From NCBI GenBank assembly GCA_965237525.1, contig CBDEFO010000006.1:96001-160000 (forward strand): a stretch of 64,000 bases of DNA. Reading direction: 5' to 3'. The translations under genes and the position numbers were made by a program. Source of the stretch: Candidatus Latescibacterota bacterium. GTDB lineage: Bacteria; Latescibacterota; CBDEFO01. The notes beneath the pieces are model-generated. The model was not told the origin of the DNA. It saw only the letters and a program-made list of their open reading frames with translations, and did not search any database. The stretch's first letter is position 1. Every line of letters starts with the position of its first letter. Below, in pieces: positions 10,531-21,660 of the stretch.

Positions 10531-11118
10531 TTGAAGATTACTCCTTTGGACATAAGGAAGCAGGAGTTTAGAAAGGCCCTCCGCGGGTTCGATAAAGAAG
10601 AGGTTATGGCCTTTTTAGAGATAGTCGCAGACGAGTTTGAAAGACTAAATCAAGAGAACGCCACCCTTCAAGAAGGCGCGAGTGTCCTCGAGTCGGCCAT
10701 CGAAGAGTACAGGAAGATGGAAAAGACCCTTCAAGAGACCCTGCTTACGGCTCAAGCTACGTCAGAGGAGACGCGGCAGAACGCAAAAAAAGAGGCGGAA
10801 CTGATAGTTAAAGAGGCCCAGGGAGAAGCCCAAGATATTATCAAAAAGTCCGAACACAAAGGGAACGAATTGATAGATGAAGCCGAGGAAAAAGCAAGGA
10901 AAATCGAAAGAGAAGGCGCGGATATTGAAACTAAACTCGAAAGGGACATTATGGAGCTTAAGCGATATAGAAACTCCCTTACGGCCAAGTTAAAGTCCCA
11001 TCTGAGCGGTCAATTAGAACTTTTAGAATCTAACTTCAATGACGAACAGGGAATGGAGACTCTCACCGAACCTACGGACGAAGTGTCCTTAACTGAAGCC
11101 CAAGACGAAGAGACATGA
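10531..11118 (+). CDS. divIVA: DivIVA domain protein
   Basis: ITPLDIRKQEF...RGFD.EEV..FL followed by coiled coil; TTG start with GAGG RBS. Confidence 0.93.
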   Translation: MKITPLDIRKQEFRKALRGFDKEEVMAFLEIVADEFERLNQENATLQEGASVLESAIEEYRKMEKTLQETLLTAQATSEETRQNAKKEAELIVKEAQGEAQDIIKKSEHKGNELIDEAEEKARKIEREGADIETKLERDIMELKRYRNSLTAKLKSHLSGQLELLESNFNDEQGMETLTEPTDEVSLTEAQDEET

Positions 11119-11384
11119 CCGCCCCAATAAGGCTGAACGTAAAGGTTCTGCCACGTTCTTCAAGGGATCAAATCGTAGGGAAGGACAAAGACGGAACTTT
11201 GAAAATTAAGGTCACCGCTCCTCCGAGGGATGGCAAGGCAAACAGCAAAGTCCTAAACTTGCTTTCCAAAGAGCTGAATATCCCAAAATCGAAGATCTCC
11301 ATAGTATCGGGTCAAAATAGCCGCGACAAAGTTATAGAGATAGTAGGGGCGAGGTTCCCTCGCCCAGTAGACAGCAAACAGTAG
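11115..11384 (+). CDS. yggU: DUF167 family protein
   Basis: V.PRSS, APP.DGKAN and G..SRDK motifs. Confidence 0.92.
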   Translation: MTAPIRLNVKVLPRSSRDQIVGKDKDGTLKIKVTAPPRDGKANSKVLNLLSKELNIPKSKISIVSGQNSRDKVIEIVGARFPRPVDSKQ

Positions 11385-11648
11385 AGAGTAGACAGGGAAA
11401 GGCAAAAGACAGTAGGGGCGTGGGCACTTCGTGCTTTGCTGTCTCCACTCCCCAGCAAAGCGCCCACGGCGCCTCACCCAGCAGACAGGGAGATTGCTTC
11501 GTCAGACAGGAATGTCCGACCCACCAGGTTTTTCCTCTTGCAATGACTGAAGATCGAAGCCAAACGATGTCATTGCCAGCTGAAGCCCAGAGCCTTTAGC
11601 CCAGAGCGAAACGAATGGTCAGCCAAGCAATTCCTATAGAAGGACTAA

Positions 11649-12470
11649 ATGACAGATTTAAGAAGACACATAAACAAAGCGCTCGAATTAATCCGTACCA
11701 AGACTGACTCTACTCCCTCTGTAGGCATAATTTTGGGCACGGGCCTGGGTGCCCTTGCCGATGAGATAGAGCGGGAACTTGCGATCCCCTACCAGGAGAT
11801 ACCTCACTTCCCTATCTCAACGGTTGAGACCCACAGTGGGAGACTCATCTTCGGAATGCTATCGGGAAAAAGCATCGTGGCTATGCAGGGCAGGTTCCAC
11901 TACTACGAAGGCTATACGATGAAGCAGATAACCTTCCCTGTAAGGGTGATGAAAGCGCTCGGTGCAGAGACACTCATCGTATCCAACGCCTGCGGGGGGA
12001 TGAATCCACAGTTTTCAGTTGGCGATATTATGATCATAGCCGACCACATAAATCTCTTGGGCGACAACCCCCTTATTGGACTCAACGACGACGAACTTGG
12101 CCCCAGATTCCCCGATATGTCCGAGCCCTACTCAAGAGAACTGATCTGTCTATCAGAAAGAATCGCAATAGATGAGAAGATCAAATACCAGAAGGGCGTC
12201 TACGTAGCAGTCCCCGGCCCTAATCTGGAGACCGCCGCAGAATACAGATTTCTAAGGTCCATAGGCGCAGATGTTGTAGGTATGTCCACAGTCCCTGAGG
12301 ACATCGTGGCTGTCCATTCGGGAATGAGGGTGCTAGGATTTTCCATCATCACGGACTCATGCCTTCCAGATGCCCTGAGGCCTGCAGACATCAAAAAGAT
12401 CATAAAGGTGGCAAACGAAGCTGAGCCAAAGCTCACAAGGCTGATGAAAAGGGTGATAGAGGAACTTTAA
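11649..12470 (+). CDS. punA: Purine nucleoside phosphorylase (trimeric type)
   Basis: ILGTGLG, QGRFHYYEG, GPRFPDMS, GPNLET.AE and VGMSTVPE motifs. Confidence 0.95.
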   Translation: MTDLRRHINKALELIRTKTDSTPSVGIILGTGLGALADEIERELAIPYQEIPHFPISTVETHSGRLIFGMLSGKSIVAMQGRFHYYEGYTMKQITFPVRVMKALGAETLIVSNACGGMNPQFSVGDIMIIADHINLLGDNPLIGLNDDELGPRFPDMSEPYSRELICLSERIAIDEKIKYQKGVYVAVPGPNLETAAEYRFLRSIGADVVGMSTVPEDIVAVHSGMRVLGFSIITDSCLPDALRPADIKKIIKVANEAEPKLTRLMKRVIEEL

Positions 12471-12471
12471 G

Positions 12472-12795
12472 ATGGACGAGACTCTGACAAAATTGACAAA
12501 TCTGGAGAAGATATATGAAAGCGGCCTCGGAGATGATCGCCTTTCCATCGTTGTAGATAAGATTGTCGCCGATCAGATTCAGAAATGTAAGGAGGACATA
12601 AGGACCCTTGAGGGCGACTTAAAAATCTTTGAAGAAAAATATTCTATGGACTCAGATACATTCTACGATCAATGGCAAAAGGGAAATTTGAACGATAATG
12701 CGGACTTCTTCGAGTGGTCTGCGCTTTACCAGATGGGCGCAAGGACGACTAAAAGACTTGGGCTCTTGAAGAACAAGAATGATGCCGCCACTTGA
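12472..12795 (+). CDS. Putative antitoxin partner of DUF6516 toxin
   Basis: FE.KY.M.S..FY..W..G.L.D..DF.EW pattern; overlaps the downstream toxin start. Confidence 0.7.
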   Translation: MDETLTKLTNLEKIYESGLGDDRLSIVVDKIVADQIQKCKEDIRTLEGDLKIFEEKYSMDSDTFYDQWQKGNLNDNADFFEWSALYQMGARTTKRLGLLKNKNDAAT

Positions 12796-13196
12796 ACTTG
12801 ACAACTACTTTCAGGAAGTAAAGCTACGTTGATCACAAGTGATATAATCCAAAGTTACGATATAATAAAGGAGAGACTTACTGCAACAGACGGTTTTTTA
12901 AGAGTCAGAGCAAATCTCATAAATAGCGATTTGATAGAGTTTTCCGAGTATTGTATTGCTGAAGGTGGTGAGGTAAGGACCCCCGAATCAGAATTGAGTA
13001 CACCTTTCATTGGCAGGACTCAAAAGGCAATATTATAAAACGTTGGGATAACGCCCCGGATCACCCAGGACTTCATAATTTCCCGTATCATATCCATAAT
13101 GGAAGTGATGAAAATGTCCTCCCCCATCAGATGCTTAATAAGCAAACTTTGTCCTTAATAGATAGTATGGAAAACCAATATCGTGGCAAGCGTTGA
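12782..13196 (+). pseudogene. DUF6516 (TumE-like) toxin, two frameshifts
   Basis: MPPLELDNYFQEVK / LITSDIIQ...EGGEVR / YTFHWQDSKGNIIKRWDNAPDHPGL.NFPYHIH, joined across two frame changes. Confidence 0.75.
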
Positions 13197-13244
13197 TGAG
13201 ATCGCTTATAACATACTTAATCGCAAGGTAACGAGGAACCACAG

Positions 13245-16200
13245 ATGTTCAAAGAACTTCCAGGCGAATTAGACTTCCCCAAAATGGAACGCCGCATCTT
13301 AAAGTTTTGGAGCCAAACTGATGCGTTCAATAAACTAAGAGAAAAAAATAGAGGAAACAAACGCTTCTCATTTTTGGACGGCCCCATAACTGCCAATAAC
13401 CCTATGGGCGTGCATCATGCATGGGGAAGGACATATAAAGACATATTCCAGCGCTACAAAGCTATGCAGGGCTGCGACCAGAGATACCAAAACGGATTCG
13501 ACTGCCAGGGACTGTGGGTCGAAGTCGAAGTCGAAAAGGAACTCGGCTTCAACTCCAAGCTGGACATCGAAAAATACGGCATCGCGAATTTCGTCCAAAA
13601 GTGCAAAGAGCGCGTACGAAAATATGCAGCTATACAGACGCAAGAATCGGTAAGACTCGGCTACTGGATGGACTGGGACAACTCCTACTACACTATGTCA
13701 GACAAGAACAACTACTCCATATGGCACTTCCTGAAAAAGTGCCACCAAAATGGATGGATATACAAGGGCACCGACGTGATGCCCTGGTGCCCACGGTGCG
13801 GCACAGCCCTGTCTGAGCACGAAATCGTCACCGAAGGTTACAAGGAAATTGCCCACAGGAGCCCATACGTCAAGTTCACGCTTAAGGATAGACCGAACGA
13901 ACACCTTTTAGTGTGGACAACCACGCCCTGGACGCTCACATCCAACGTCGCAGCCGCAGTCCATCCTGAGATGACTTACGTCAAGGTAAAGCAGGGCGAC
14001 GATTACTACTACCTTGCCAGAAGCAGATTGGATGCCTCCATAGATGGAGACTTTAAGGTCGTCGAGGAGATGCCCGGACGTAAGCTCTCAGGTCTGACCT
14101 ACAGTGGCCCCTTCGACGACCTTCCCAGGCAAAATGGAGTAGAGCACAGAGTCATAGCATGGAAGGAAGTGAGCGAAACTGAGGGCACAGGCATCGTCCA
14201 CATCGCTCCCGGATGCGGTAAAGAGGACTTCGCCCTTAGCAAAGAGCACGATCTTGAGGTCATAGCCCCATTAGATGAATTCGGAAACTACATCGCAGGC
14301 TTCGAGTGGCTTGTGGACAAGAACGCGCAGGATACAAGCGAAAAGATTATAGAAGACCTGCAAAAGAGGGGCATTCTTTACAAAGTCGAGGACTACACAC
14401 ACCGCTATCCTGTATGCTGGAGATGCGACAGCGAGCTCGTTTTCAGGCTCGTAGATGAGTGGTTCATATATATGGACGAGCTCAGATACAAGATAATGGA
14501 CGTATCCAAAAAGATAAGATGGATACCCGACTTCGGTCTGGAAAGGGAACTGGATTGGCTCAAAAATATGCACGACTGGTGCATCTCTAAAAAGAGGTAC
14601 TGGGGATTGGCTCTACCAATATACGAATGCGACTGCGGACACTTCGACGTAATTGGCTCAAAAGAGGAATTAGAGGAAAGGGCCGTCGGAGGATGGGAGG
14701 ATTTTGAGGGCAATAGCCCGCACAGACCCTGGGTGGACGCAGTGGTGATTGAGTGCCGGAGGTGCAAGAAGAAGGTCTCTCGCATAAAGGACGTGGGCAA
14801 CCCCTGGCTGGACGCCGGAATAGTTGCCTACTCGACGCTCAACTACAGAGGCGACAGGGAATACTGGGACAGGTGGTTCCCCGCAGACTTCATAACAGAA
14901 TCGTTTGCGGGACAGTTCAGAAACTGGTTCTACTCCCTTCTGGCAATGAGCACTGTCCTGGAAAATAGAGAGCCCTTCAGGACCGTCCTCGGACACGCTC
15001 AGGTGCGGGACGAACGCAGCGAGGAGATGCACAAAAGCAAAGGCAATGCTATATGGTTCAAAGACGCCGCAGAAAAGATGGGCGTGGACGTTATGAGATG
15101 GATATTTTCCCTCCAAAACCCGGTCATAAACCTCAACTTCGGCTACTCTGCAGGGGATGATGCCAAACGCGAACTTCTGACGCTCTGGAACACGGTTAAG
15201 TTCTTCATAACTTACGCCAATTTAGATAAATACGACCCGAAAAGGGAATCCCCACCTGTAGACCAAAGGCACCTTTTAGACAGGTGGATAATATCCAAGC
15301 TGAACCTCTTGATCTTTGACTCCGTCAAGTCCATGGATGACTACAACACAGCCTCCGTGGTCAGAGGCGCCCGGGACTTTATAGATGAGCTTTCTAACTG
15401 GTACGTAAGGAGGAGCAGGAGGAGATTCTGGAAGAGCGAGAACGACACCGATAAACTTGCCGCATACACCACCCTCTACGAGTCCATCTCGACCCTGTCA
15501 AAGATATTGGCCCCCGTGCTCCCGTTCCTCTCAGAGGAAATATACCAGTCGGCAGTCCGTTTTGATAACGGGAACATCCCCGAAAGCGTCCACCACTGCG
15601 AATACCCCAGGCCCGACGAGAGTCTGATAGAGGCAGATTTAATGGACCAGATGAGAGCAGCGATCCGGGTCACGGGACTCGGAAGATCGATCAGAAATAA
15701 CACCCAACTGAAGATAAGACAGCCCCTGAGCGAATTTCTGATCGTCTTCAAAGACGAGGCTACAACCGACGGCCTCGGAAACTTAGAAGGGATCGTCAAA
15801 GACGAACTCAACGTCAAAGAGATAAAGATACTGGATGATCCGGTGGATTTAGTCCGTTACTCTATAAAGCCCAACTTCAGCGCCCTGGGTCCCAAATACG
15901 GAAACTTAATGCCCAAAATAAAGGCCGCTTTGGAAAGTGTGGACGGTTCTGATGCCGTCGATAGGCTCAAATCGGGCTCGGATATACAGATAGAAGTCGG
16001 AGGGGAAAAGATAACTATAACCCCCGAGGAAGCTGAGGTGGAGATTTCCCCCAGGGAGGGCATGGCTGTGGCTGAGGATCAGAGCTTCCTTGTGGCCCTG
16101 GACACCAGACTTTCGGACGGACTGATCTCTGAAGGATTTGCAAGGGAATTTGTACACAAGGTCCAGAATATGCGAAAAGCCTGTGACTTTGAGGTCTCAG

Positions 16201-16424
16201 ATAGAATAAAGATCAAATATAGATCAAGCGACAAATTCAAAAGTGCAATAGCGAACTTTGGGGAGTATATAAAGACTGAAACACTATGCATAAATTTGGA
16301 AGCCTGTGACGTACACGGATTGGGCGCCCCACAGAAGGTGGGCGCCCCACCTTGCGGGGATTCGGTCCAAAAGGAAAACGTAAATGGGCAAGACGTAATA
16401 ATCTCTGTAGAGCGCATCTTGTAG
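13245..16424 (+). CDS. ileS: Isoleucine--tRNA ligase (IleRS2-type)
   Basis: DGPITAN..MGVHH (HIGH-like), WTTTPWTL, DWCISKKRYWG and EMHKS (KMSKS-like). Confidence 0.97.
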   Translation: MFKELPGELDFPKMERRILKFWSQTDAFNKLREKNRGNKRFSFLDGPITANNPMGVHHAWGRTYKDIFQRYKAMQGCDQRYQNGFDCQGLWVEVEVEKELGFNSKLDIEKYGIANFVQKCKERVRKYAAIQTQESVRLGYWMDWDNSYYTMSDKNNYSIWHFLKKCHQNGWIYKGTDVMPWCPRCGTALSEHEIVTEGYKEIAHRSPYVKFTLKDRPNEHLLVWTTTPWTLTSNVAAAVHPEMTYVKVKQGDDYYYLARSRLDASIDGDFKVVEEMPGRKLSGLTYSGPFDDLPRQNGVEHRVIAWKEVSETEGTGIVHIAPGCGKEDFALSKEHDLEVIAPLDEFGNYIAGFEWLVDKNAQDTSEKIIEDLQKRGILYKVEDYTHRYPVCWRCDSELVFRLVDEWFIYMDELRYKIMDVSKKIRWIPDFGLERELDWLKNMHDWCISKKRYWGLALPIYECDCGHFDVIGSKEELEERAVGGWEDFEGNSPHRPWVDAVVIECRRCKKKVSRIKDVGNPWLDAGIVAYSTLNYRGDREYWDRWFPADFITESFAGQFRNWFYSLLAMSTVLENREPFRTVLGHAQVRDERSEEMHKSKGNAIWFKDAAEKMGVDVMRWIFSLQNPVINLNFGYSAGDDAKRELLTLWNTVKFFITYANLDKYDPKRESPPVDQRHLLDRWIISKLNLLIFDSVKSMDDYNTASVVRGARDFIDELSNWYVRRSRRRFWKSENDTDKLAAYTTLYESISTLSKILAPVLPFLSEEIYQSAVRFDNGNIPESVHHCEYPRPDESLIEADLMDQMRAAIRVTGLGRSIRNNTQLKIRQPLSEFLIVFKDEATTDGLGNLEGIVKDELNVKEIKILDDPVDLVRYSIKPNFSALGPKYGNLMPKIKAALESVDGSDAVDRLKSGSDIQIEVGGEKITITPEEAEVEISPREGMAVAEDQSFLVALDTRLSDGLISEGFAREFVHKVQNMRKACDFEVSDRIKIKYRSSDKFKSAIANFGEYIKTETLCINLEACDVHGLGAPQKVGAPPCGDSVQKENVNGQDVIISVERIL

Positions 16425-16571
16425 TCTTTAACAGAACAAGTAGAGAGTGGACAGAGAGCCTCTCTATTGGCTGTACGTTATCAATTTGTAGACTATCCAT
16501 TCAACATTAACAGAAAGGGGAAGGGCATTCCCTCTGCCAACTAAAGCAGACAGTTTTTACGCCCAGTCTTT

Positions 16572-16943
16572 ATGAACAAGAAACACCTGCAACACTTCAA
16601 AGAGCTCCTAATAGCCAGAAAGAACGAAATAACCGAACAGTTGGGAGCCATGGAAGACTCCGTAAAGGGAAACGCCAGAGACTCCTCAGCGGACCAATCT
16701 TCGTATTCCTGGCACATGGCTGACCAGGGCACAGATGCAATGAAAAAAGAAATGACCTCGCACTTCGTGTCGCTGGACGGCAACTACCTGCACCATTTGG
16801 AGCAGGCGCTCGAACGGATAGAAGAGGGGACCTTCGGAGCATGTGTAGTATGCGGCCAGGAAATTGGCAAAGACAGGCTCGAAGTTGTCGCTCACACCAC
16901 CAAGTGTATAAAGTGCAAATCTGAGGAGGAAAAAAGTAGATAG
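16572..16943 (+). CDS. dksA: DksA/TraR C4 zinc-finger protein
   Basis: HMADQGTD, AL.RI..GTFG.CxxC...RL...CxxC. Confidence 0.88.
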   Translation: MNKKHLQHFKELLIARKNEITEQLGAMEDSVKGNARDSSADQSSYSWHMADQGTDAMKKEMTSHFVSLDGNYLHHLEQALERIEEGTFGACVVCGQEIGKDRLEVVAHTTKCIKCKSEEEKSR

Positions 16944-17115
16944 TAGGGGCAATCCCAATCATCAGTGGACAGGGAGATGTCGCAACTAGCCACGAAGTGG
17001 GACGGGTGGGGCGGCTGATGGCAACAACCTGTGAAGTGATCCGCCCGATCTATCCGTATTGTAGGGCATACACGCGAGTCTTCCCCTACTACACGCTATC
17101 TACTGTCTACTTGCC

Positions 17116-17649
17116 ATGAGGGAAAAAGCAGAAAATATATCAGACGCTTTCTGGGTCTTTTTGGCAACGCTTATTTTGGATCAGCTGTCCAAAGTAATCG
17201 TCTCAAAGTATATGAGACCCGGTGATTCGATTAGCGTCATCGGGGACCTTTTCAAACTCACCTACGTCTATAACGAGGGGGCCGCCTTCGGATTGTCCCT
17301 TGGAGGAAATACCGTACACATCGTCTTGTCGGCCTTTGCCATAATCTTCGTATGTTTTCTGATATGGCGCCCCACAACGGATCGAGGCACCACCCAAATA
17401 GCGCTCTCTATGATCCTAGGCGGCGCCTTGGGCAATTTGATAGACAGGATCAGACTCTCAAGAGTTATTGACTTTCTGGATGTAGGCATAAACGATGTAA
17501 GATGGTACATCTTTAATATGGCCGATATGTGGGTCACAGCGGGCGTTATCCTCCTGGCCGCCGTTTACTTTGTAAGGAAGGACGTGGAGGATGGGGAAAA
17601 AAACAGAGCTCCAAGTATCAAAGAACCAGTGCAGAGGGATACGACTTGA
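17116..17649 (+). CDS. lspA: Lipoprotein signal peptidase II
   Basis: DQLSK, N.GAAF, GALGNLIDR, VIDF and FNMAD motifs. Confidence 0.96.
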   Translation: MREKAENISDAFWVFLATLILDQLSKVIVSKYMRPGDSISVIGDLFKLTYVYNEGAAFGLSLGGNTVHIVLSAFAIIFVCFLIWRPTTDRGTTQIALSMILGGALGNLIDRIRLSRVIDFLDVGINDVRWYIFNMADMWVTAGVILLAAVYFVRKDVEDGEKNRAPSIKEPVQRDTT

Positions 17650-18583
17650 CGTATTCCTGTCAGAAAGCGATTTGAGCATTTCCCGCTCCCAAATCAAGAA
17701 ACTGATCAAAGACGGATCTGTTGAGGTAAATAACGCTCAGATCAAAAAGCCCAGCTGGGCTGTACAACCCGAAGACATAATATCAGTTGAGATCCCAGAT
17801 CCCACAGCCTACAATCTGACTCCAGAGGCAATCCCTCTGGATATTTTGTTTGAGGACGAAGACCTCGTAGTAGTCAACAAACCGGCAGGGATGATCACAC
17901 ACCCTGCTTCAGGTTTCTACACCGGCACTCTGGTCAACGCCCTTTTATACCACTGCCGAGACCTGTCAGGCATAAATGGCGTGCTGCGGCCCGGAATCGT
18001 CCACCGGCTGGACAAGGACACATCAGGTCTTTTGATGGTGGCAAAGAACGACCGCGCCCACATCTGCATTTCAGAACAGCTTAAAGAAAGATCCATCACG
18101 AGGAAATACAGGGCATTTGTGTGGGGAAAGATAAGCTCCTATCAGTCAAATAGGATCGAAGCTCCCATAGGTCGTCACAGGAAAGAGCGGACGAGAATGT
18201 CTGTGATGGGGGCAGATTCCTCCAAATACGCAGCCACAAGGTTCCATATCGAAAATGAGTTCGATTTTATTTCCTTAGTCACCGCAGAGCTTGAAACGGG
18301 AAGGACGCATCAAATAAGAGTCCACTTTTCCTTTATAGGTCACCCCATATTTGGAGACCCTCTCTATGGTGGCAGAGAGAAAAAGGTAAAGGGGATCGCC
18401 TCCAAATTTCAACTTGACGCCCGAAGGTTGCTCAAGTTAATGCCTCGTCAAGCCCTCCACGCACAGACTTTAGGATTTGTCCACCCAAGGACAAAGAGGC
18501 AGCTTTCTTTCTCGTCGGATATGCCTGAGGATATGAGGGCACTGCAGAAGACAATAGAGAGCAGCCCCCATAGGTTCAATTAG
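17591..18583 (+). CDS. rluD: RluA-family 23S rRNA pseudouridine synthase
   Basis: S4 domain, NKPAG, GIVHRLDKDTSG, TGRTHQIRVH and QALHA. Confidence 0.93.
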   Translation: MGKKTELQVSKNQCRGIRLDVFLSESDLSISRSQIKKLIKDGSVEVNNAQIKKPSWAVQPEDIISVEIPDPTAYNLTPEAIPLDILFEDEDLVVVNKPAGMITHPASGFYTGTLVNALLYHCRDLSGINGVLRPGIVHRLDKDTSGLLMVAKNDRAHICISEQLKERSITRKYRAFVWGKISSYQSNRIEAPIGRHRKERTRMSVMGADSSKYAATRFHIENEFDFISLVTAELETGRTHQIRVHFSFIGHPIFGDPLYGGREKKVKGIASKFQLDARRLLKLMPRQALHAQTLGFVHPRTKRQLSFSSDMPEDMRALQKTIESSPHRFN

Positions 18584-18874
18584 AGATAGACTCAATCGGA
18601 GGTGGACAGGGCAGCACCTCCCATAGCCGAATGTAGGGCTGCGTTATCCATCCCCTACATCTTGTTACCCTGTCAGTTAAGTGTTTTCCCTGCTGTTTCG
18701 TGTTGTTCCCTAACTCTTTATTTATTTAGGCTAACAACCCTTCATCTTTTATGGTGTTTCTTGGCTTTTCACGGTGTTTTTGCTTGTTCCAGTAGAAAAA
18801 CAGTAGAAGTTTGTTAGAAAAGTAAAGGTAAAATTTCCCAGGACTATTCAGTGATCTCAGAAGTGTTGGTTGGG

Positions 18875-19054
18875 TAGGAGCGAAGCAACGTATCATGGCC
18901 AATTAGGGCTCGCTCACCCCCGGATTGAGAACTGTAAAGTCTGTGGCAACATCCAATCCTCTATTGACATCCACTATCTTGTTTTGTATCTTCCCACCTA
19001 ATTGATCTACCCATTTGTATCTTTTCTCCTGATAGATCGACACTAACGATTACG
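18875..19054 (+). promoter_or_regulatory. ~180-bp repeated promoter module, copy 1
   Basis: TTGACA(18964)-17-TATCTT(18987); homologous to 26217-26395 and 32837-32990. Confidence 0.75.
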
Positions 19055-19256
19055 AATACCAACGCCAAGATAGAGTTAAGTAATGGAATGAAATACAAGT
19101 TGGAGAAGCAAGTAGATGAAAAATGAGGTGAAAACAAAGCAATGTTGGTCTTTCACCCAAAGGGATGTATATCTGAGCTTCGGATATCACACTGAAATGT
19201 AAAGATATGAGAAATAGCTCGAATATAAACAAGTTAGCCGAAATTTCCCATAGAAT

Positions 19257-20486
19257 GTGCTTGTCAATGATTCAGAAGGAGCAGCTATGACCGCCAGCGA
19301 TTGCCTCGTGTTAAAGGTTGGATTTATCGGTCTCGGCACTATCAGCAATGAAAATGTTTTGGGCTATCTCGATTCTGAAGATGCTGAAATTGTGGCCACA
19401 TGCGATCTTGATGAAGATCTTGTCAGACAATGGTTGAAAAAATGGAAGTGGCCGCAGGCAAGATTTTATAAAAACTATCAGGATATGCTGACCAAAGAGG
19501 ACCTCGATATCGTAGAGATCCTGACTCCGCATCATTTACACTGTTCACAGACAATGACCTGCGCCAAAGCAAAAGTAAAAGGCATCAGCCTACAAAAACC
19601 AATGGGGGTGAATCTTCGGGAGTGTGATCAGATTATAGAGGCGTGCAAAAAGAATAACATCAAGCTAAGAGTGTATGAGAATTTTATCTTTTACCCCGTT
19701 TATCTAAAGGCTAAAGAACTCATCGACCAGGGGTTAATCGGGGAGTTGATCTCGATCAGAGTGAATACCATGGCCGGAATTAGGGCAGGCGCCCCTTGGC
19801 CTTGGTGTTGGACTCCAACAAGTTGGAGAGCAGGCCTGAAACGGTCTGGCGTTGGGCCTTTGGTGGGAGACGATGGGTATCACAAGTTCTCCCTGGCCCG
19901 TTGGTTTATGGGCAGGGATTTTGAGAAGGTCAGCGCCTGGATCGACTCAGAAACACCGCTGGACGCCCCGGCTTTTATCCGGGCCAAATTTAAACGCCTG
20001 CCGGGAGATGGTCCAAAATATGCCCAAATCGATTTTTCATTCTCGACCCGGATGGCCCTCCCGTCTGATTTTTGGCTTGATGATTTTGTCGAGATTGTTG
20101 GCGAGAAGGGCATCATGTGGATCAATCAATGCTCGGCTGGCGGCAATCGCGAGTTCTTTAAAGCGTGTGAAATGTCAAAAAGTCCGCTCTTTCCGCCGAT
20201 TGCCGTCTTCGTTGATGGCAAGGTGACAACCTATTTAGAGGATATCTCGCCAGAGGAGCGTAATTGGTCAACCTCCTTTATCGGTTGCACCCAACATTTT
20301 ATCAAAGTGATGAAAGAAGGCGGACAACCTATTTACACCGGTGAAGAGGGCAGAGAAATCACCCGGTATACCATCGCCGCTTATGTTTCGGCCCAGGAAA
20401 ACCGGGATGTTTACCTTGATGAGATCACTACGGAGGCCGAAGAGAAAAAGATTTTTGAAATAAAAACCAATTTTTGCAATTTATGA
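19257..20486 (+). CDS. Gfo/Idh/MocA family oxidoreductase
   Basis: GFIGLG Rossmann motif, TPHHLH, QKPM and D.GYH; start may be ATG 19288. Confidence 0.88.
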   Translation: MLVNDSEGAAMTASDCLVLKVGFIGLGTISNENVLGYLDSEDAEIVATCDLDEDLVRQWLKKWKWPQARFYKNYQDMLTKEDLDIVEILTPHHLHCSQTMTCAKAKVKGISLQKPMGVNLRECDQIIEACKKNNIKLRVYENFIFYPVYLKAKELIDQGLIGELISIRVNTMAGIRAGAPWPWCWTPTSWRAGLKRSGVGPLVGDDGYHKFSLARWFMGRDFEKVSAWIDSETPLDAPAFIRAKFKRLPGDGPKYAQIDFSFSTRMALPSDFWLDDFVEIVGEKGIMWINQCSAGGNREFFKACEMSKSPLFPPIAVFVDGKVTTYLEDISPEERNWSTSFIGCTQHFIKVMKEGGQPIYTGEEGREITRYTIAAYVSAQENRDVYLDEITTEAEEKKIFEIKTNFCNL

Positions 20487-20645
20487 GGGGATGGTTCAGG
20501 ATCAGGGTGACACTTTTACACAAACGCCTTGAGGAGAATATGACGTGATACGTGATGACCAATTGACGCATAAATTATTACGTTTCACGCAATGCATTTT
20601 GGGATTATTTTAGGACTGTGGAGCTTTTTTACGAGGAGGTAACTA

Positions 20646-21539
20646 ATGATGAAGGCTACAACTCAGTTACAAAACATGATCGACAACGGTGAATTTGTCG
20701 TTGCCATTGGGGCGCACGACGGGCTGTCAGCGCTCCTGGTTGAACAAGCAGGTTTTAACGCCATCTATATTGGGAGCTACGCGACCGAGGCCACCTTGCT
20801 TGGCAAGCCAGATTTGGCGCTGATGCCCAAGACAGAAAGGTTGATGATTGCCCGGAATATTGTCAAAGCGGTTAACATACCGGTGATTGCTGACATGGAA
20901 GAGGGTTATGGCAATGCTATCAGTGTGATGGATGCTGTGCGAGACTTTGAGGCGGTTGGCCTGGCTGGCGTCCACATTGACGACGAAGCAATTCCCTGTA
21001 AATGCCCTTTCTTACCCGGTATTCCCCGCAACGAGCTCATCACTGTGGATGAGATGTGCGGCAAAGTCAGGGCGGCCATAGATGCGCGGGAAGATCCCAA
21101 CTTTAAGATCATTGTCCGGTCGGACGTCATTGGCACGGTTCCCCTGGAGGATTACTATCGGGAACAGATGATCGAAGCAGTCGTCGAACGGAGTAATGCC
21201 TACGCCGAGGCTGGGGCCGATGCGATCTTTGTCATGGCCCTGAATGTCGAGGAAATCAACTATTTTAAGGAGCGGATCAAGGCACCCCTGGTGGGCATCT
21301 TTGCCACGATCGAACCGATTGCCATTAAGGAATTCGAAAAGGCAGGCTATCAGATGGTTATTGGTTCCCTGGTCTCGCTCTACATGGCGGCCCGGGGGTT
21401 GGTGGATGGCCTGAAAGCCCTCAAAGAAACCGGCGATTGGAATACCGTCCAGGATAAAATGATCGACGATGAGGAGTTCTTCAATATTGTCGGCCTCCAG
21501 GAATACGGGCCGCTGTACGAACGATACAACATCCGTTGA
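20646..21539 (+). CDS. Isocitrate lyase/PEP mutase family C-C lyase
   Basis: HDGLSA, PVIADMEEGYG and AYAEAGAD motifs. Confidence 0.88.
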   Translation: MMKATTQLQNMIDNGEFVVAIGAHDGLSALLVEQAGFNAIYIGSYATEATLLGKPDLALMPKTERLMIARNIVKAVNIPVIADMEEGYGNAISVMDAVRDFEAVGLAGVHIDDEAIPCKCPFLPGIPRNELITVDEMCGKVRAAIDAREDPNFKIIVRSDVIGTVPLEDYYREQMIEAVVERSNAYAEAGADAIFVMALNVEEINYFKERIKAPLVGIFATIEPIAIKEFEKAGYQMVIGSLVSLYMAARGLVDGLKALKETGDWNTVQDKMIDDEEFFNIVGLQEYGPLYERYNIR

Positions 21540-21660
21540 GCAACGTTAAGACCGAATATCAGTCATCAGTGAACAGTGAGCAGTATTCAGTCATCACTGC
21601 TCAGTGGTGACTGAGTTGTCAGCAGATTTCTGGCATACATATTAAGGGAGGAGGATAGCT

